Source: an uncultured Clostridia bacterium | GTDB taxonomy: Bacteria > Bacillota > Clostridia > Lachnospirales > Lachnospiraceae | Length of the DNA stretch: 64,000 nt | Assembly (NCBI GenBank): GCA_947643415.1 | Contig: CANRWA010000011.1 | Span: forward strand, 19,548-83,547 | Direction of reading: 5' to 3' | Shown here: piece after piece, positions 9,945-18,831 of the stretch | How the letters are laid out: each line of letters begins with the position of its first letter | Numbering within the stretch: the first letter of the stretch is position 1 | The notes under the pieces: generated by a model | Told to the model about the DNA's origin: nothing | Seen by the model: only the letters and a program-made list of their open reading frames with translations | Databases searched by the model: none | Translations under genes and position numbers: made by a program

Positions 9945-10799
9945 ATGGTTTGTGTTCTGCTCACAGTAGCCTGTTATACGATATCGTCTCTGGGAGATAA
10001 ACACATCTCTTCCAGATTACAATGTTCCCCTGCTGAATTTGCCTTTATCGTATCTTTTGCGACAATGATATGGATCGGCATCACGATTCCCTTTATGGGC
10101 TGGGGATTCCGGTTTAATGTGACAAATATCCTGCTCTTACTGTCTCTGACAATATGGAAAGTGGCGGAATTCTATACATCTGCCCTTCTGCTGAAGACGG
10201 TGTCCGCCTATGAATTAAAAGCATGGCTGGGGATCAACATTGTAGGTTCATATTTTTACAATGTATTCTGTGGCATCTACCAGGCGGATATGTGGATCAT
10301 CTGCTGTTCCGTGATTCTTCTGGCAGGAATCCTTATGATTATGAAAGGACGGAGAATATCAGATTCATCAGAAAGCAGCAGTCTGGGAAGATTATGTTTT
10401 CTCTTTCTCTTATTTATAGTTTCGAAGTATTTATACGGGCTTACCCTTGGACAGATGACACAGGGATGCAGGACTACATCTGTATTGCTGCTGGTAATGC
10501 TTCTGACAGCATTGCTGCAGCTTCCGCGGATTCAGATCAGTGAACTTGCCAGGCGGAAAGGAATGGCTGGTGCGGCATTCACAAGGCTTCCCAATGCAGC
10601 AGGACTGATTCTGGAGGCATTTGTTGCCATGGAAAATATATTCTTATATGCTATGATACAACCGGTGCAGCTTGCCCTTCTTTTTGCGGCAAGCTTGGTT
10701 AAGAAAGAATCTATGGGGAAAATGAAGCTGGCGGGAAGCCTGCTCTGCATTTTCTCTGTTTGTGCCATTACTGTATTGATTTACTGTAAAAAAATTTGA
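9945..10799 (+). CDS. Multi-pass membrane protein, DMT/EamA-like
   Basis: About 10 hydrophobic segments in 284 aa. The N-terminal YTISSLGDKHIS pattern resembles EamA repeats. AAGGAG RBS. Confidence 0.6.
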   Translation: MVCVLLTVACYTISSLGDKHISSRLQCSPAEFAFIVSFATMIWIGITIPFMGWGFRFNVTNILLLLSLTIWKVAEFYTSALLLKTVSAYELKAWLGINIVGSYFYNVFCGIYQADMWIICCSVILLAGILMIMKGRRISDSSESSSLGRLCFLFLLFIVSKYLYGLTLGQMTQGCRTTSVLLLVMLLTALLQLPRIQISELARRKGMAGAAFTRLPNAAGLILEAFVAMENIFLYAMIQPVQLALLFAASLVKKESMGKMKLAGSLLCIFSVCAITVLIYCKKI

Positions 10800-10820
10800 C
10801 TCAGGAAAGGAGATCATAAA

Positions 10821-12482
10821 ATGATACGGACATTTCAAACACATAAGATCAGGAAACAGAGGGAACTGACAGGTTCTTTATGGGAGTTCACACCCTGTCA
10901 GGGGGAATATAAAGGTGAAAAATATCAGATTGCCACACCATGCTGCTGGGAAAGCCATCCTAAGTTTTCCGGTTACCGTGGTGAGGGAGAATACACGACG
11001 TCATTTGAAGCAGGGGGGGCAGTCCGGCTGGAATTCAAGGGGGTCAGCCATACTGCCTCTGTATTTCTTGATGGGGAGGAAATCGCATCACACTATAATG
11101 CCTATACAGCTTTTGACTGTGTTGTAAAAGATCTGGTTCCGGGAAAGCATACACTGACGGTCCGGGCAGATAACCGGTTCAGTGAGAACAGTGCCCTTCA
11201 TATCCCCAATGATTATATGTCATATGGCGGTGTGAGCCGCCCGGTGGTCTTAGAAGAGATCCACAGGCTCTATATCCAGTGGATCCATGTAACGCCATTT
11301 CAGGAAGAGGGACAGTGGAAAGCAAAGGTGAAGGTCAGCCTGAAAAATATTTCGGAAGAGGAAATCTGCACTGCGGTGAGGGCAGAACTTGCAGGAAAAA
11401 CATTGACCTGGGAGAATGCAGATGTTCCGGCAGGTGGGAGCCTGGCAGTAGAAGCTACAGAAACGTTCAAAGATGTAAAAGCATGGACACCTGAGCATCC
11501 TGTATTATATCCTGTTCATACTGTGCTGATGCAGGAGGGGAGACAGACAGATGACCTGATTGACCGTTTTGGGTTCAGGGAAATTACTGTCCGGGGAAAA
11601 GATATTTTGTTAAATGGAGAAAAATTGAGGATACGGGGAGTATGCCGGCATGAGGATCATCCTCAATTTGGATGTGCACTGCCTTATGAGGCAATGGCGG
11701 CAGATCTTGAGCAGATCAAAGATCTGGGAGCGAACTCGGTCCGGACATCACATTATCCCAATGATGAAAGATTTCTGGATCTCTGTGATGAACAGGGGAT
11801 ACTGATATGGGAAGAAAACCATGCCAGGGGTCTCTCAGAAGAGGATATGCGGAACAAGAACTTTGAGTGGCAGGCAGAACAGGTGATCCGTGAGATGATC
11901 CAGGCGCACTACAATCATCCATGTATCTACATATGGGGAATCCTGAATGAATGTGCCAGCGACAGTGAATACGGAAAGGAGTGTTATCAGATGCAATTCA
12001 GCCTGATACGCAATATGGATGTTTCCAGGCCGTGTTCTTTTGCAAGCTGTAAGTTTAAGACAGACCTCTGTTTTGGGCTTCCCGATGTGGTGTCATACAA
12101 TATTTATCCGCTCTGGTACCATGATACACCAGTGGATGAATATCTGGATGATCTCTATCAGTGGATACAGAATGAGACAGAAGGGCGGGGAAAACCATTT
12201 CTTGTGACCGAGGTTGGTGCAGGAGGGATATATGGTTACCGTAACCCATATCATTCCAAATGGACAGAGGAATATCAGGCAGAGGCATTGGAAAAGCAAC
12301 TGACAGCCGTGTTGGATTATGAGGATTGCAGCGGTGTTTATATCTGGCAGTTCTGTGATATCCGTGTCAGTGATGAGTGGTTTGGCGTCAGGCCCCGAAC
12401 TATGAATAACAAAGGGATCGTGGATGAATACCGGAGACCGAAACTCTGCTATGAGGTGGTGAAAGAGGCGTTTAACGGATAG
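10821..12482 (+). CDS. Cytoplasmic GH2 beta-hexuronidase (beta-galacturonidase/beta-glucuronidase type)
   Basis: GH2 motifs RGVCRHEDHP, RTSHYP, WGILNE (acid/base), VTEVG (nucleophile). C-terminal NNKG carboxylate-binding motif. No signal peptide. Confidence 0.88.
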   Translation: MIRTFQTHKIRKQRELTGSLWEFTPCQGEYKGEKYQIATPCCWESHPKFSGYRGEGEYTTSFEAGGAVRLEFKGVSHTASVFLDGEEIASHYNAYTAFDCVVKDLVPGKHTLTVRADNRFSENSALHIPNDYMSYGGVSRPVVLEEIHRLYIQWIHVTPFQEEGQWKAKVKVSLKNISEEEICTAVRAELAGKTLTWENADVPAGGSLAVEATETFKDVKAWTPEHPVLYPVHTVLMQEGRQTDDLIDRFGFREITVRGKDILLNGEKLRIRGVCRHEDHPQFGCALPYEAMAADLEQIKDLGANSVRTSHYPNDERFLDLCDEQGILIWEENHARGLSEEDMRNKNFEWQAEQVIREMIQAHYNHPCIYIWGILNECASDSEYGKECYQMQFSLIRNMDVSRPCSFASCKFKTDLCFGLPDVVSYNIYPLWYHDTPVDEYLDDLYQWIQNETEGRGKPFLVTEVGAGGIYGYRNPYHSKWTEEYQAEALEKQLTAVLDYEDCSGVYIWQFCDIRVSDEWFGVRPRTMNNKGIVDEYRRPKLCYEVVKEAFNG

Positions 12483-12537
12483 ACTTTGCAGCATGGATGT
12501 GTTATACTAAAACCAATATAGATTGGGAGGTGATTAT

Positions 12538-12720
12538 ATGACAGAAAAGGAAATGATAAAAGTTTCGATTGAAGAATTCTCCAGACTGCAGAGTTATATG
12601 CTTGTATCTGAAAAGGATTCCGAAAGTTATAGACTTATGAAAGACCGTTATATTGAATTAAAAGTTATTTTAAACTCTTTTGGTATCAATCTTACAGAAA
12701 TAGATAAGATAAAGGAATAG
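12538..12720 (+). CDS. Small (60 aa) hypothetical protein
   Basis: GGAGGTG RBS 5 nt upstream of ATG 12538, helical amphipathic sequence, followed by its own terminator. Confidence 0.7.
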   Translation: MTEKEMIKVSIEEFSRLQSYMLVSEKDSESYRLMKDRYIELKVILNSFGINLTEIDKIKE

Positions 12721-12753
12721 AATGAAAGGCAGGGTGTGGATCATTTATGCCTG

Positions 12754-12787
12754 AACAGGGGCTGGTGTTATACCAGCCCCTGTTTTT
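12754..12787 (+). terminator. Rho-independent terminator
   Basis: AACAGGGGCTGGT-gttat-ACCAGCCCCTGTT followed by a T-tract. Confidence 0.8.
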
Positions 12788-12789
12788 AT

Positions 12790-12884
12790 CTTATAGGAAA
12801 GCACGCTTTGTGCGGAGCAAGAATCGCTATAGCGAATTTATTCGCTTTGCGATTCTTGGAGGGCTGCGGTTCTCAGCCAGCCCT
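12790..12884 (+). repeat. Modular intergenic repeat (family 2), also at 39642-39720
   Basis: CTTATAGGAAAG-N9-TGCGGAGCAAGAA-[variable hairpin]-TTCTTGG-AGGGCTGCGGTTCTCAGCCAGCCCT; the fixed blocks are identical in both copies. Confidence 0.8.
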
Positions 12885-13032
12885 TTTTTATGAGAATATA
12901 TCAATTTCTCCTTAGAATACTGCATGTTATTTATTTGTGTAAAATGATATAATCCAAACAAATAAATTTAAGAAGGAAAATTCTTTGCCCATCCAGGGCG
13001 CACGTTTTCCTTTTGAAAAGGAGGATATGGGA

Positions 13033-16000
13033 ATGGTAAAACGAACGAAACGATTTGTAGCAGTAGTTTTGGCCGTGATCATGGTAGTTGCGGGAATTCC
13101 TTTTACCCCTTCTGTGAAAGCAGCAGGGGAGACGGAAGGAAAAACCAATCTGGCATTGAATAAGACGGTTTATTACAGCAGTGAGGAAGGAACATCGACC
13201 AGTGGGGCAGATACTCATGCTGCAAATGCAGTGGATGGAGATGAAAAAACAGTATGGTCTGCTAATGGAAAACCGGACGGTACTAACTGGGATGCAAAGT
13301 ATCCGGAATGGCTGTGCGTGGATCTGGGAAAAGAATATGATTTAAGTGATGTGAGGATTAAGTTTGAAAGTAAAAATGGTGCCCGTTATTACGGCTATAA
13401 TATCTACACTTCCAACACGGCACCAGAAAACGGGATGGCATCTGTTCCAACTTCATTTACCAAAGTGGTAAGCAAGGAAGATAATACAGTGTCAACAAAT
13501 ACGGATTATACAAAGGATTCAATTTCTGTAAAAGCACGTTATGTGTTGGTAGAAGTAACTTCTTGTAATCAGTTAGACAGCAACAAATGGCAGGTGGCTT
13601 CCATCTATGAACTGCAGGTTTACGGATCAGCGACAGAGGGATCTGGCAGTGAGGCAACTCCAACACCAGACACAGGCGATCAGGAAGAAAAAGACTATGG
13701 GATTCAGACTGCCAGTGGAAGAGATGGTACATATGCACAGGAATTGGATGGAACATGGAAATTTGGCGGGGAAAATCTGAGTGAGGATGCCGCTCTTAAA
13801 GCAGATTATTCCAATTGGGCAAATGTGACGATTCCCCACACATGGAATGCTGCAGATGGTGAAGATGGCGGCGGTAACTATAAAAGAACCAAATACTGGT
13901 ATCACAGGGATATGGATATCACAGAAGCCATGCTGGCAAAAAGGGTCTATATAGAGTTTCCGGGTTCTAATACAAAGACTGCTGTATATGTAAATGGACA
14001 GAAAGCAGGAGATCCCCATAAGGGGGGGGATACTACCTTCCGTTATGATATTACGGATAAGGTAAAAAAGGGAAACAACACATTGGATGTCTGTGTGGAC
14101 AATACCTATGATCAGGAAATTGCACCGATCTCTGGCGACTTTAATATGTATGGAGGTATTTTCCGCCGGGTTTATCTGGTGACAGTAGATGATGTGCATG
14201 TGGATCTGAATCATAATGGTTCTTCTGGTCTGTTTTTAGAGACTGGCAATATGAGAAGCCAGACTGCACCGGCAGACCTGGGAGAACTGGATGTAAAGGC
14301 AGATATTGTAAATGATTCTGATGCTGCGAAAGAAGTGACAGTTGTTGCAGCGATCAAAGGTGACAATGCACCTGCTCCCGTGGAGAAAAAGATCACTGTC
14401 CCGGCAAAAGGCAAGGTGAATTTCAAAGAGCACTGCAAAGTGACAGATCCTACTTTATGGGAAGGAATATGCTATGACAAGGATGCTGACAACAGTAAGG
14501 CAGGTTATCAGTATACGGTTTCCCTGGAGGTGAAGGATGGCACTAATGTGATCGACAAAGTAGAGGACAAGATTGGTTTCCGTTATTTCTGGATCGACAC
14601 GAAAGATAACGGAGAGAGCGGCGAAGGATTCTTCTTAAATGGTAAGAAATTCCCTCTTCGCGGCGTCAACCGCCACTCTTTTCTGGCAAAGGTTGGAAGT
14701 GCCATGACAGAGAGCCAGCATGAGAAGGATATCGATATCATAAAAGAGATGGGTGTAAATACCATCCGTCTGTGCCATTATCCGCAGACAGATTTCTTCT
14801 ATGACTTGTGTGATGCCAATGGAATCGTGGTGTGGACTGAGATTCCGGTAGTCAATGAGGTACGTGCCGCTGAAGGGTTCAAAAACGTAACAAAACAGCA
14901 GCTCACAGAATTGATCTCTCAGCAGTACAACAGGCCATCTGTTGTTTTCTGGGGTCTGGAGAATGAGATCGGCAATGGGCAGAGCCTGACGAATGCAACA
15001 GCCAATGATAATCTGGCATCGGCAAAGAAATTACTGCATGAACTGGATGCACTGGCAAAGGAACTGGATCAGACAGGACGTTATACCACTCAGGCGCTAA
15101 ACCGTGATTATGGAATGGATCAGAACAAACCAGATTCTGTGAACACAGATTTTGCATCAAATGTTGGATGGAAATCCGATGTGGTAGCATGGAATATCTA
15201 TCCAGGCTGGTATCCGGATGCAAACTTCTACGGAACTTTCGAGGATGTTATGAAGAGGAAGGGAGCTCTTGACAGCCGTTCCATGGGAATTTCAGAATAT
15301 GGCTGGGGCTCCAATGTGAAGCAGCATGAGGCAGAGCCGGAACTGGGTAAAAATAACCTCACGGCAGGAGGAACCTGGCATCCGGAGGAATACCAGAACC
15401 TCATGAATGAGGAGGCCATCGATTATATCAACCAACATGATGAACTGTGGGGTACTTTTTACTGGGCCATGTTTGACTTTGCAGTGGACAGCCGGAATGA
15501 AGGTTCCCAGCCGGCGCTGAATGATAAGGGGCTGGTAACGGCAGACCGGGGAACAAAGAAGGACAGTTTCTATCTGTATAAGGCAAACTGGAATAAGAAA
15601 GATTCCTTTACCTATATTACCAGCCGGAGATGGACAAAGAGAGAATCTGCCCAGACGGATATCAAAGTGTATTCCAACTGTGATGAGGTAGAATTGTTTG
15701 TCAAAGGTGCCAGCAAAGGGAAAATGACTGCCAAAGGAAACGGTGTATTTTTACTGGAAAATGTGGATCTTGGTGTCGGAGAGGTAGAGATCAGGGCAGT
15801 TGGTAAAGGTACGGAAGGCAATGTGGAAGATACCTGCACCTGGACAAGAGAGATCTCAAAGAAAGCAGATCTGGAGTCGAAAGAATTTGCAGTTGACACG
15901 TCAGAGAAGACCATTGTCGTAGAGAATAATGTGACATTTGCCATGTTTAAAGAAAAGGTAAAAGGTGTAAACAATGCTGTCTATACCATATATGATGGGG

Positions 16001-18216
16001 AGACAGAAGTAACAGAGGATGACACCATCATTGTGCCAGGCATGAAGATCCATGTGATAGCAGAAGATAAAAAGATAGAGGCTGATTACACCGTTGTTTC
16101 CTCTAACCTGTGCCTGAACAAAGAGGTTACAGTTAGCAGCTTTGAGACAGGAAATGAAGGAAAAAATGCAGTAGATGGAAACAGTACTACAAAATGGACG
16201 GCTGCAAATGGAACTTATCCGCAGAGTATCGTTGTTGATCTGGGGAAGGTTTATAATCTTGGCGATCTGACGCTGGACTGGGATATCCGTGAGGGCGCCC
16301 GCTATTACCGTTATGCAGTACTGGCAAGTGAGGACGGAAAAGAGTATATTGAAGTGATCAACCGGCGAGATAATACAGAAAGCAAAAGAATGGTAGAATC
16401 CATGCTGATGATTCCGGCACGTTATATCAAGATTGAAGTTGTGGGCTGCAACCAGGCGGGTTGGGCGACCTTATTTGAGATCAAGGCGGATGGATACCGG
16501 CTGACTTCAGATACATATCAGATTGACGATGCACACCGTCTGATCCTGGTTGATGAGATACCTACGACAGGACTGGCTGACAGCACATTTAGCAGCCATC
16601 TGATGCTGGAAGGAAACTACGATATGAAGATGAATTACAGCAGCGGCTGGATTCATGAGGGGAATACCGTAGAGATTCTGGACAGAGAGAAGGAGACAAA
16701 GGCTGTCTACACAATCTGTACAGAAGCAGCGAAAGACCAATATATCAAAGAGGTAGCAGCAACAAATATTCTGTTGAATACAACGTCTCAGACGATGGGA
16801 GCCGGTGAGACGAAGCAGTTAAAGGCAACAGTGCTTCCTGTGACAGCAACAGATAAAACCGTATCTTATACAAGCAGTGACGACAGTGTGGCATCTGTAT
16901 CCGAAGATGGTATTGTGACAGCAAAGAAAGCAGGGACAGCAACCATCACAGCATCCACTGCCAATGGCATTACTGCCACATGCAGCATTAAAGTAAATGA
17001 TTACAGCAATGTATCACCAGTGGTTTATCTTCCCTTTGACAAGGAAGATGAAGTGACATTGTATGGAAAAGCAGCCATCACACAAGATCCGGATAATAAC
17101 AGCAATAAGGCCCTGCTGGTGGACTCCACGGGCGGTGGAAAGAATGGCAATTATGCCATTGCCAATAGTGATATCAGTAAATATGATTTTTCGGACGGTG
17201 TGACAGTATCCCTGAATGTAAGGCCGAATGCAAACTCAAGTGACTGGAATTACCTTTTCGCCCTTGGACAGACAAAGAGCAGCGGATCATTTAAATACTG
17301 TGATGGTACCATAGGATTTATCGCAAGGCATGGTGATCCTTATGAAGCCCATTTTCCAGGAGGGGGATGGGTAGACGGCAATCCGGTAAACAGTGATTAT
17401 AATTTCTTTGGCAATACTGCCAACGCTGGCAAATGGTACCGTATGACTTATGTGTATTCAAATTCTGAGATATGCCTTTATGTCAATGGCATTCTTACCT
17501 GTAAATGGGGGGAAGGTACGATCGGAGATGTATTGAAGGTTTTAAATACAGGACATTTGGTGATCGGTGCCGGATCTTCAGAAGGTGAGCTGGAAAATTT
17601 CGGTGGTTATATTGATGATGTGTATGTGTATAACATGGCTCTGGATGCCACTGCAGTGAAGGATATTGGTAAGAAAAAACCGACACAGGAGGATCCGGGG
17701 GCAGAAAAGCCATCGAATCCAACACCATCATCATCGCCAGATCCTAACCCTGGTAACCAGCAGACAGAAAAACCAGGAACACAGGAGAAGAAAAATACGA
17801 AAAAGACATATAAAGTGAAAGGTGTTTCCTATGAGATGGTGTCAAAAAGCAGTGTTTCCTTCAAGGCACCAAAGAAAAATGCTTCTAAGGTTACGGTTCC
17901 GGATACTGTGAAGCTGAAAGGAAAGACTTATAAGGTTACAGCCATTAAAGCAAACGCATTTAAGAATAACAAAAAGCTCACTAAAGTGACAATTGGAAAG
18001 AATGTCAGCAAAATAGGTTCCAAGGCATTTTACAATTGTAAGAAACTGAAGTCAGTTACCATCCGGTCGAAGAAGCTGACTGCTAAGAATGTTGGCTCAA
18101 AGGCTTTCAAAGGCATCAGTTCGAAAGCAACGATAAAAGTACCGAAGGCAAAGAAAAAGGCTTATAAGAAGATGCTTAAGAAGAAAGGCATTGGTAAAAA
18201 AGTCAAAGTGAAATAA
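13033..18216 (+). CDS. Secreted multimodular GH2 (probable beta-glucuronidase): signal peptide, F5/8C (CBM32), GH2, second F5/8C, Big_2, LamG/ConA-like, Lys-rich LRR_5-type C-terminal module
   Basis: Signal peptide MVKRTKRFVAVVLAVIMVVAG...VKA. GH2 motifs RGVNRH, RLCHYPQ, WGLENE, SEYG and RNEG..ALNDKGLVT (NxK). NLALNK/NAVDG/WLCVDLG discoidin motifs twice. Start placed 8 nt after AAGGAGG. Confidence 0.88.
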   Translation: MVKRTKRFVAVVLAVIMVVAGIPFTPSVKAAGETEGKTNLALNKTVYYSSEEGTSTSGADTHAANAVDGDEKTVWSANGKPDGTNWDAKYPEWLCVDLGKEYDLSDVRIKFESKNGARYYGYNIYTSNTAPENGMASVPTSFTKVVSKEDNTVSTNTDYTKDSISVKARYVLVEVTSCNQLDSNKWQVASIYELQVYGSATEGSGSEATPTPDTGDQEEKDYGIQTASGRDGTYAQELDGTWKFGGENLSEDAALKADYSNWANVTIPHTWNAADGEDGGGNYKRTKYWYHRDMDITEAMLAKRVYIEFPGSNTKTAVYVNGQKAGDPHKGGDTTFRYDITDKVKKGNNTLDVCVDNTYDQEIAPISGDFNMYGGIFRRVYLVTVDDVHVDLNHNGSSGLFLETGNMRSQTAPADLGELDVKADIVNDSDAAKEVTVVAAIKGDNAPAPVEKKITVPAKGKVNFKEHCKVTDPTLWEGICYDKDADNSKAGYQYTVSLEVKDGTNVIDKVEDKIGFRYFWIDTKDNGESGEGFFLNGKKFPLRGVNRHSFLAKVGSAMTESQHEKDIDIIKEMGVNTIRLCHYPQTDFFYDLCDANGIVVWTEIPVVNEVRAAEGFKNVTKQQLTELISQQYNRPSVVFWGLENEIGNGQSLTNATANDNLASAKKLLHELDALAKELDQTGRYTTQALNRDYGMDQNKPDSVNTDFASNVGWKSDVVAWNIYPGWYPDANFYGTFEDVMKRKGALDSRSMGISEYGWGSNVKQHEAEPELGKNNLTAGGTWHPEEYQNLMNEEAIDYINQHDELWGTFYWAMFDFAVDSRNEGSQPALNDKGLVTADRGTKKDSFYLYKANWNKKDSFTYITSRRWTKRESAQTDIKVYSNCDEVELFVKGASKGKMTAKGNGVFLLENVDLGVGEVEIRAVGKGTEGNVEDTCTWTREISKKADLESKEFAVDTSEKTIVVENNVTFAMFKEKVKGVNNAVYTIYDGETEVTEDDTIIVPGMKIHVIAEDKKIEADYTVVSSNLCLNKEVTVSSFETGNEGKNAVDGNSTTKWTAANGTYPQSIVVDLGKVYNLGDLTLDWDIREGARYYRYAVLASEDGKEYIEVINRRDNTESKRMVESMLMIPARYIKIEVVGCNQAGWATLFEIKADGYRLTSDTYQIDDAHRLILVDEIPTTGLADSTFSSHLMLEGNYDMKMNYSSGWIHEGNTVEILDREKETKAVYTICTEAAKDQYIKEVAATNILLNTTSQTMGAGETKQLKATVLPVTATDKTVSYTSSDDSVASVSEDGIVTAKKAGTATITASTANGITATCSIKVNDYSNVSPVVYLPFDKEDEVTLYGKAAITQDPDNNSNKALLVDSTGGGKNGNYAIANSDISKYDFSDGVTVSLNVRPNANSSDWNYLFALGQTKSSGSFKYCDGTIGFIARHGDPYEAHFPGGGWVDGNPVNSDYNFFGNTANAGKWYRMTYVYSNSEICLYVNGILTCKWGEGTIGDVLKVLNTGHLVIGAGSSEGELENFGGYIDDVYVYNMALDATAVKDIGKKKPTQEDPGAEKPSNPTPSSSPDPNPGNQQTEKPGTQEKKNTKKTYKVKGVSYEMVSKSSVSFKAPKKNASKVTVPDTVKLKGKTYKVTAIKANAFKNNKKLTKVTIGKNVSKIGSKAFYNCKKLKSVTIRSKKLTAKNVGSKAFKGISSKATIKVPKAKKKAYKKMLKKKGIGKKVKVK

Positions 18217-18262
18217 TATGGCCGGATAAAACAGGCTGTCAGACAATAAGAATGCATGATAG

Positions 18263-18308
18263 AAGGGGTCTAAAGCTCAATATGGGTTTTAGGCCCCTGT
18301 TGTTTTTT
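18263..18308 (+). terminator. Rho-independent terminator after the large GH2
   Basis: AGGGGTCTAAA...TTTAGGCCCCT stem followed by GTTGTTTTTT. Confidence 0.65.
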
Positions 18309-18395
18309 ACTCCCCAGCCAGGGCAGTGGATCTTGTACTGTCTGCTGGCGTAAACCTCTTTGTGCCTTAAGATATGGGTGTCAGGAGAGGGTAAT

Positions 18396-18491
18396 ATGCA
18401 GATCGTGGAATTAAGGACACAGAATCTTTCTAATCCCATAAGAATCCAGACGGAGAGACCAGTATTTAGCTGGAAACTGGAAGAAATATAA
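18396..18491 (+). pseudogene. 31-codon remnant resembling the N-terminus of a GH78 alpha-L-rhamnosidase
   Basis: After a GGAG RBS it reads MQIVELRTQNLSNPIRIQTERPVFSWKLEEI*, matching the recalled L.T..L.NP..I....P.FSWKL start of GH78 enzymes; the ORF then stops. Confidence 0.55.
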
Positions 18492-18831
18492 AAAAAGTTT
18501 TTAATTTTTGTCCCAGTTCAGTCTTTTCAATCGTTATTATATATAGAGATAGAAATGTGGGGAGGTGAAAGAATGTGTGAGAGAGTACAATGGTATGATG
18601 GCATACAGAGGAAAAGACATAAAAAAGCGTTCTTTTCATATGGTTGTGATAGACCGAAAAAAGGTAGTTGCAAACCATAGTTCACTTACAAAAAGTAAAC
18701 TCCGTCTGACAGCGGGGGCAAGTAAAGCGACAGGTACAGGAATACTAACGAATGAGTTTTAGTAGTTTCGTTTTACAGGGAAATATTTTAAGGATATTTC
18801 CCTGTAAATAAAAATGTGTAGGAGGAGAAAT

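Noticed and set aside
18660-18730. Possible c-di-GMP-I riboswitch (GCAAACC...CTCCGTCTGACAGCGGGG)
   Set aside because: It lacks the GAAA-capped P2 and the GACGCAAAGC junction; the resemblance is partial only.
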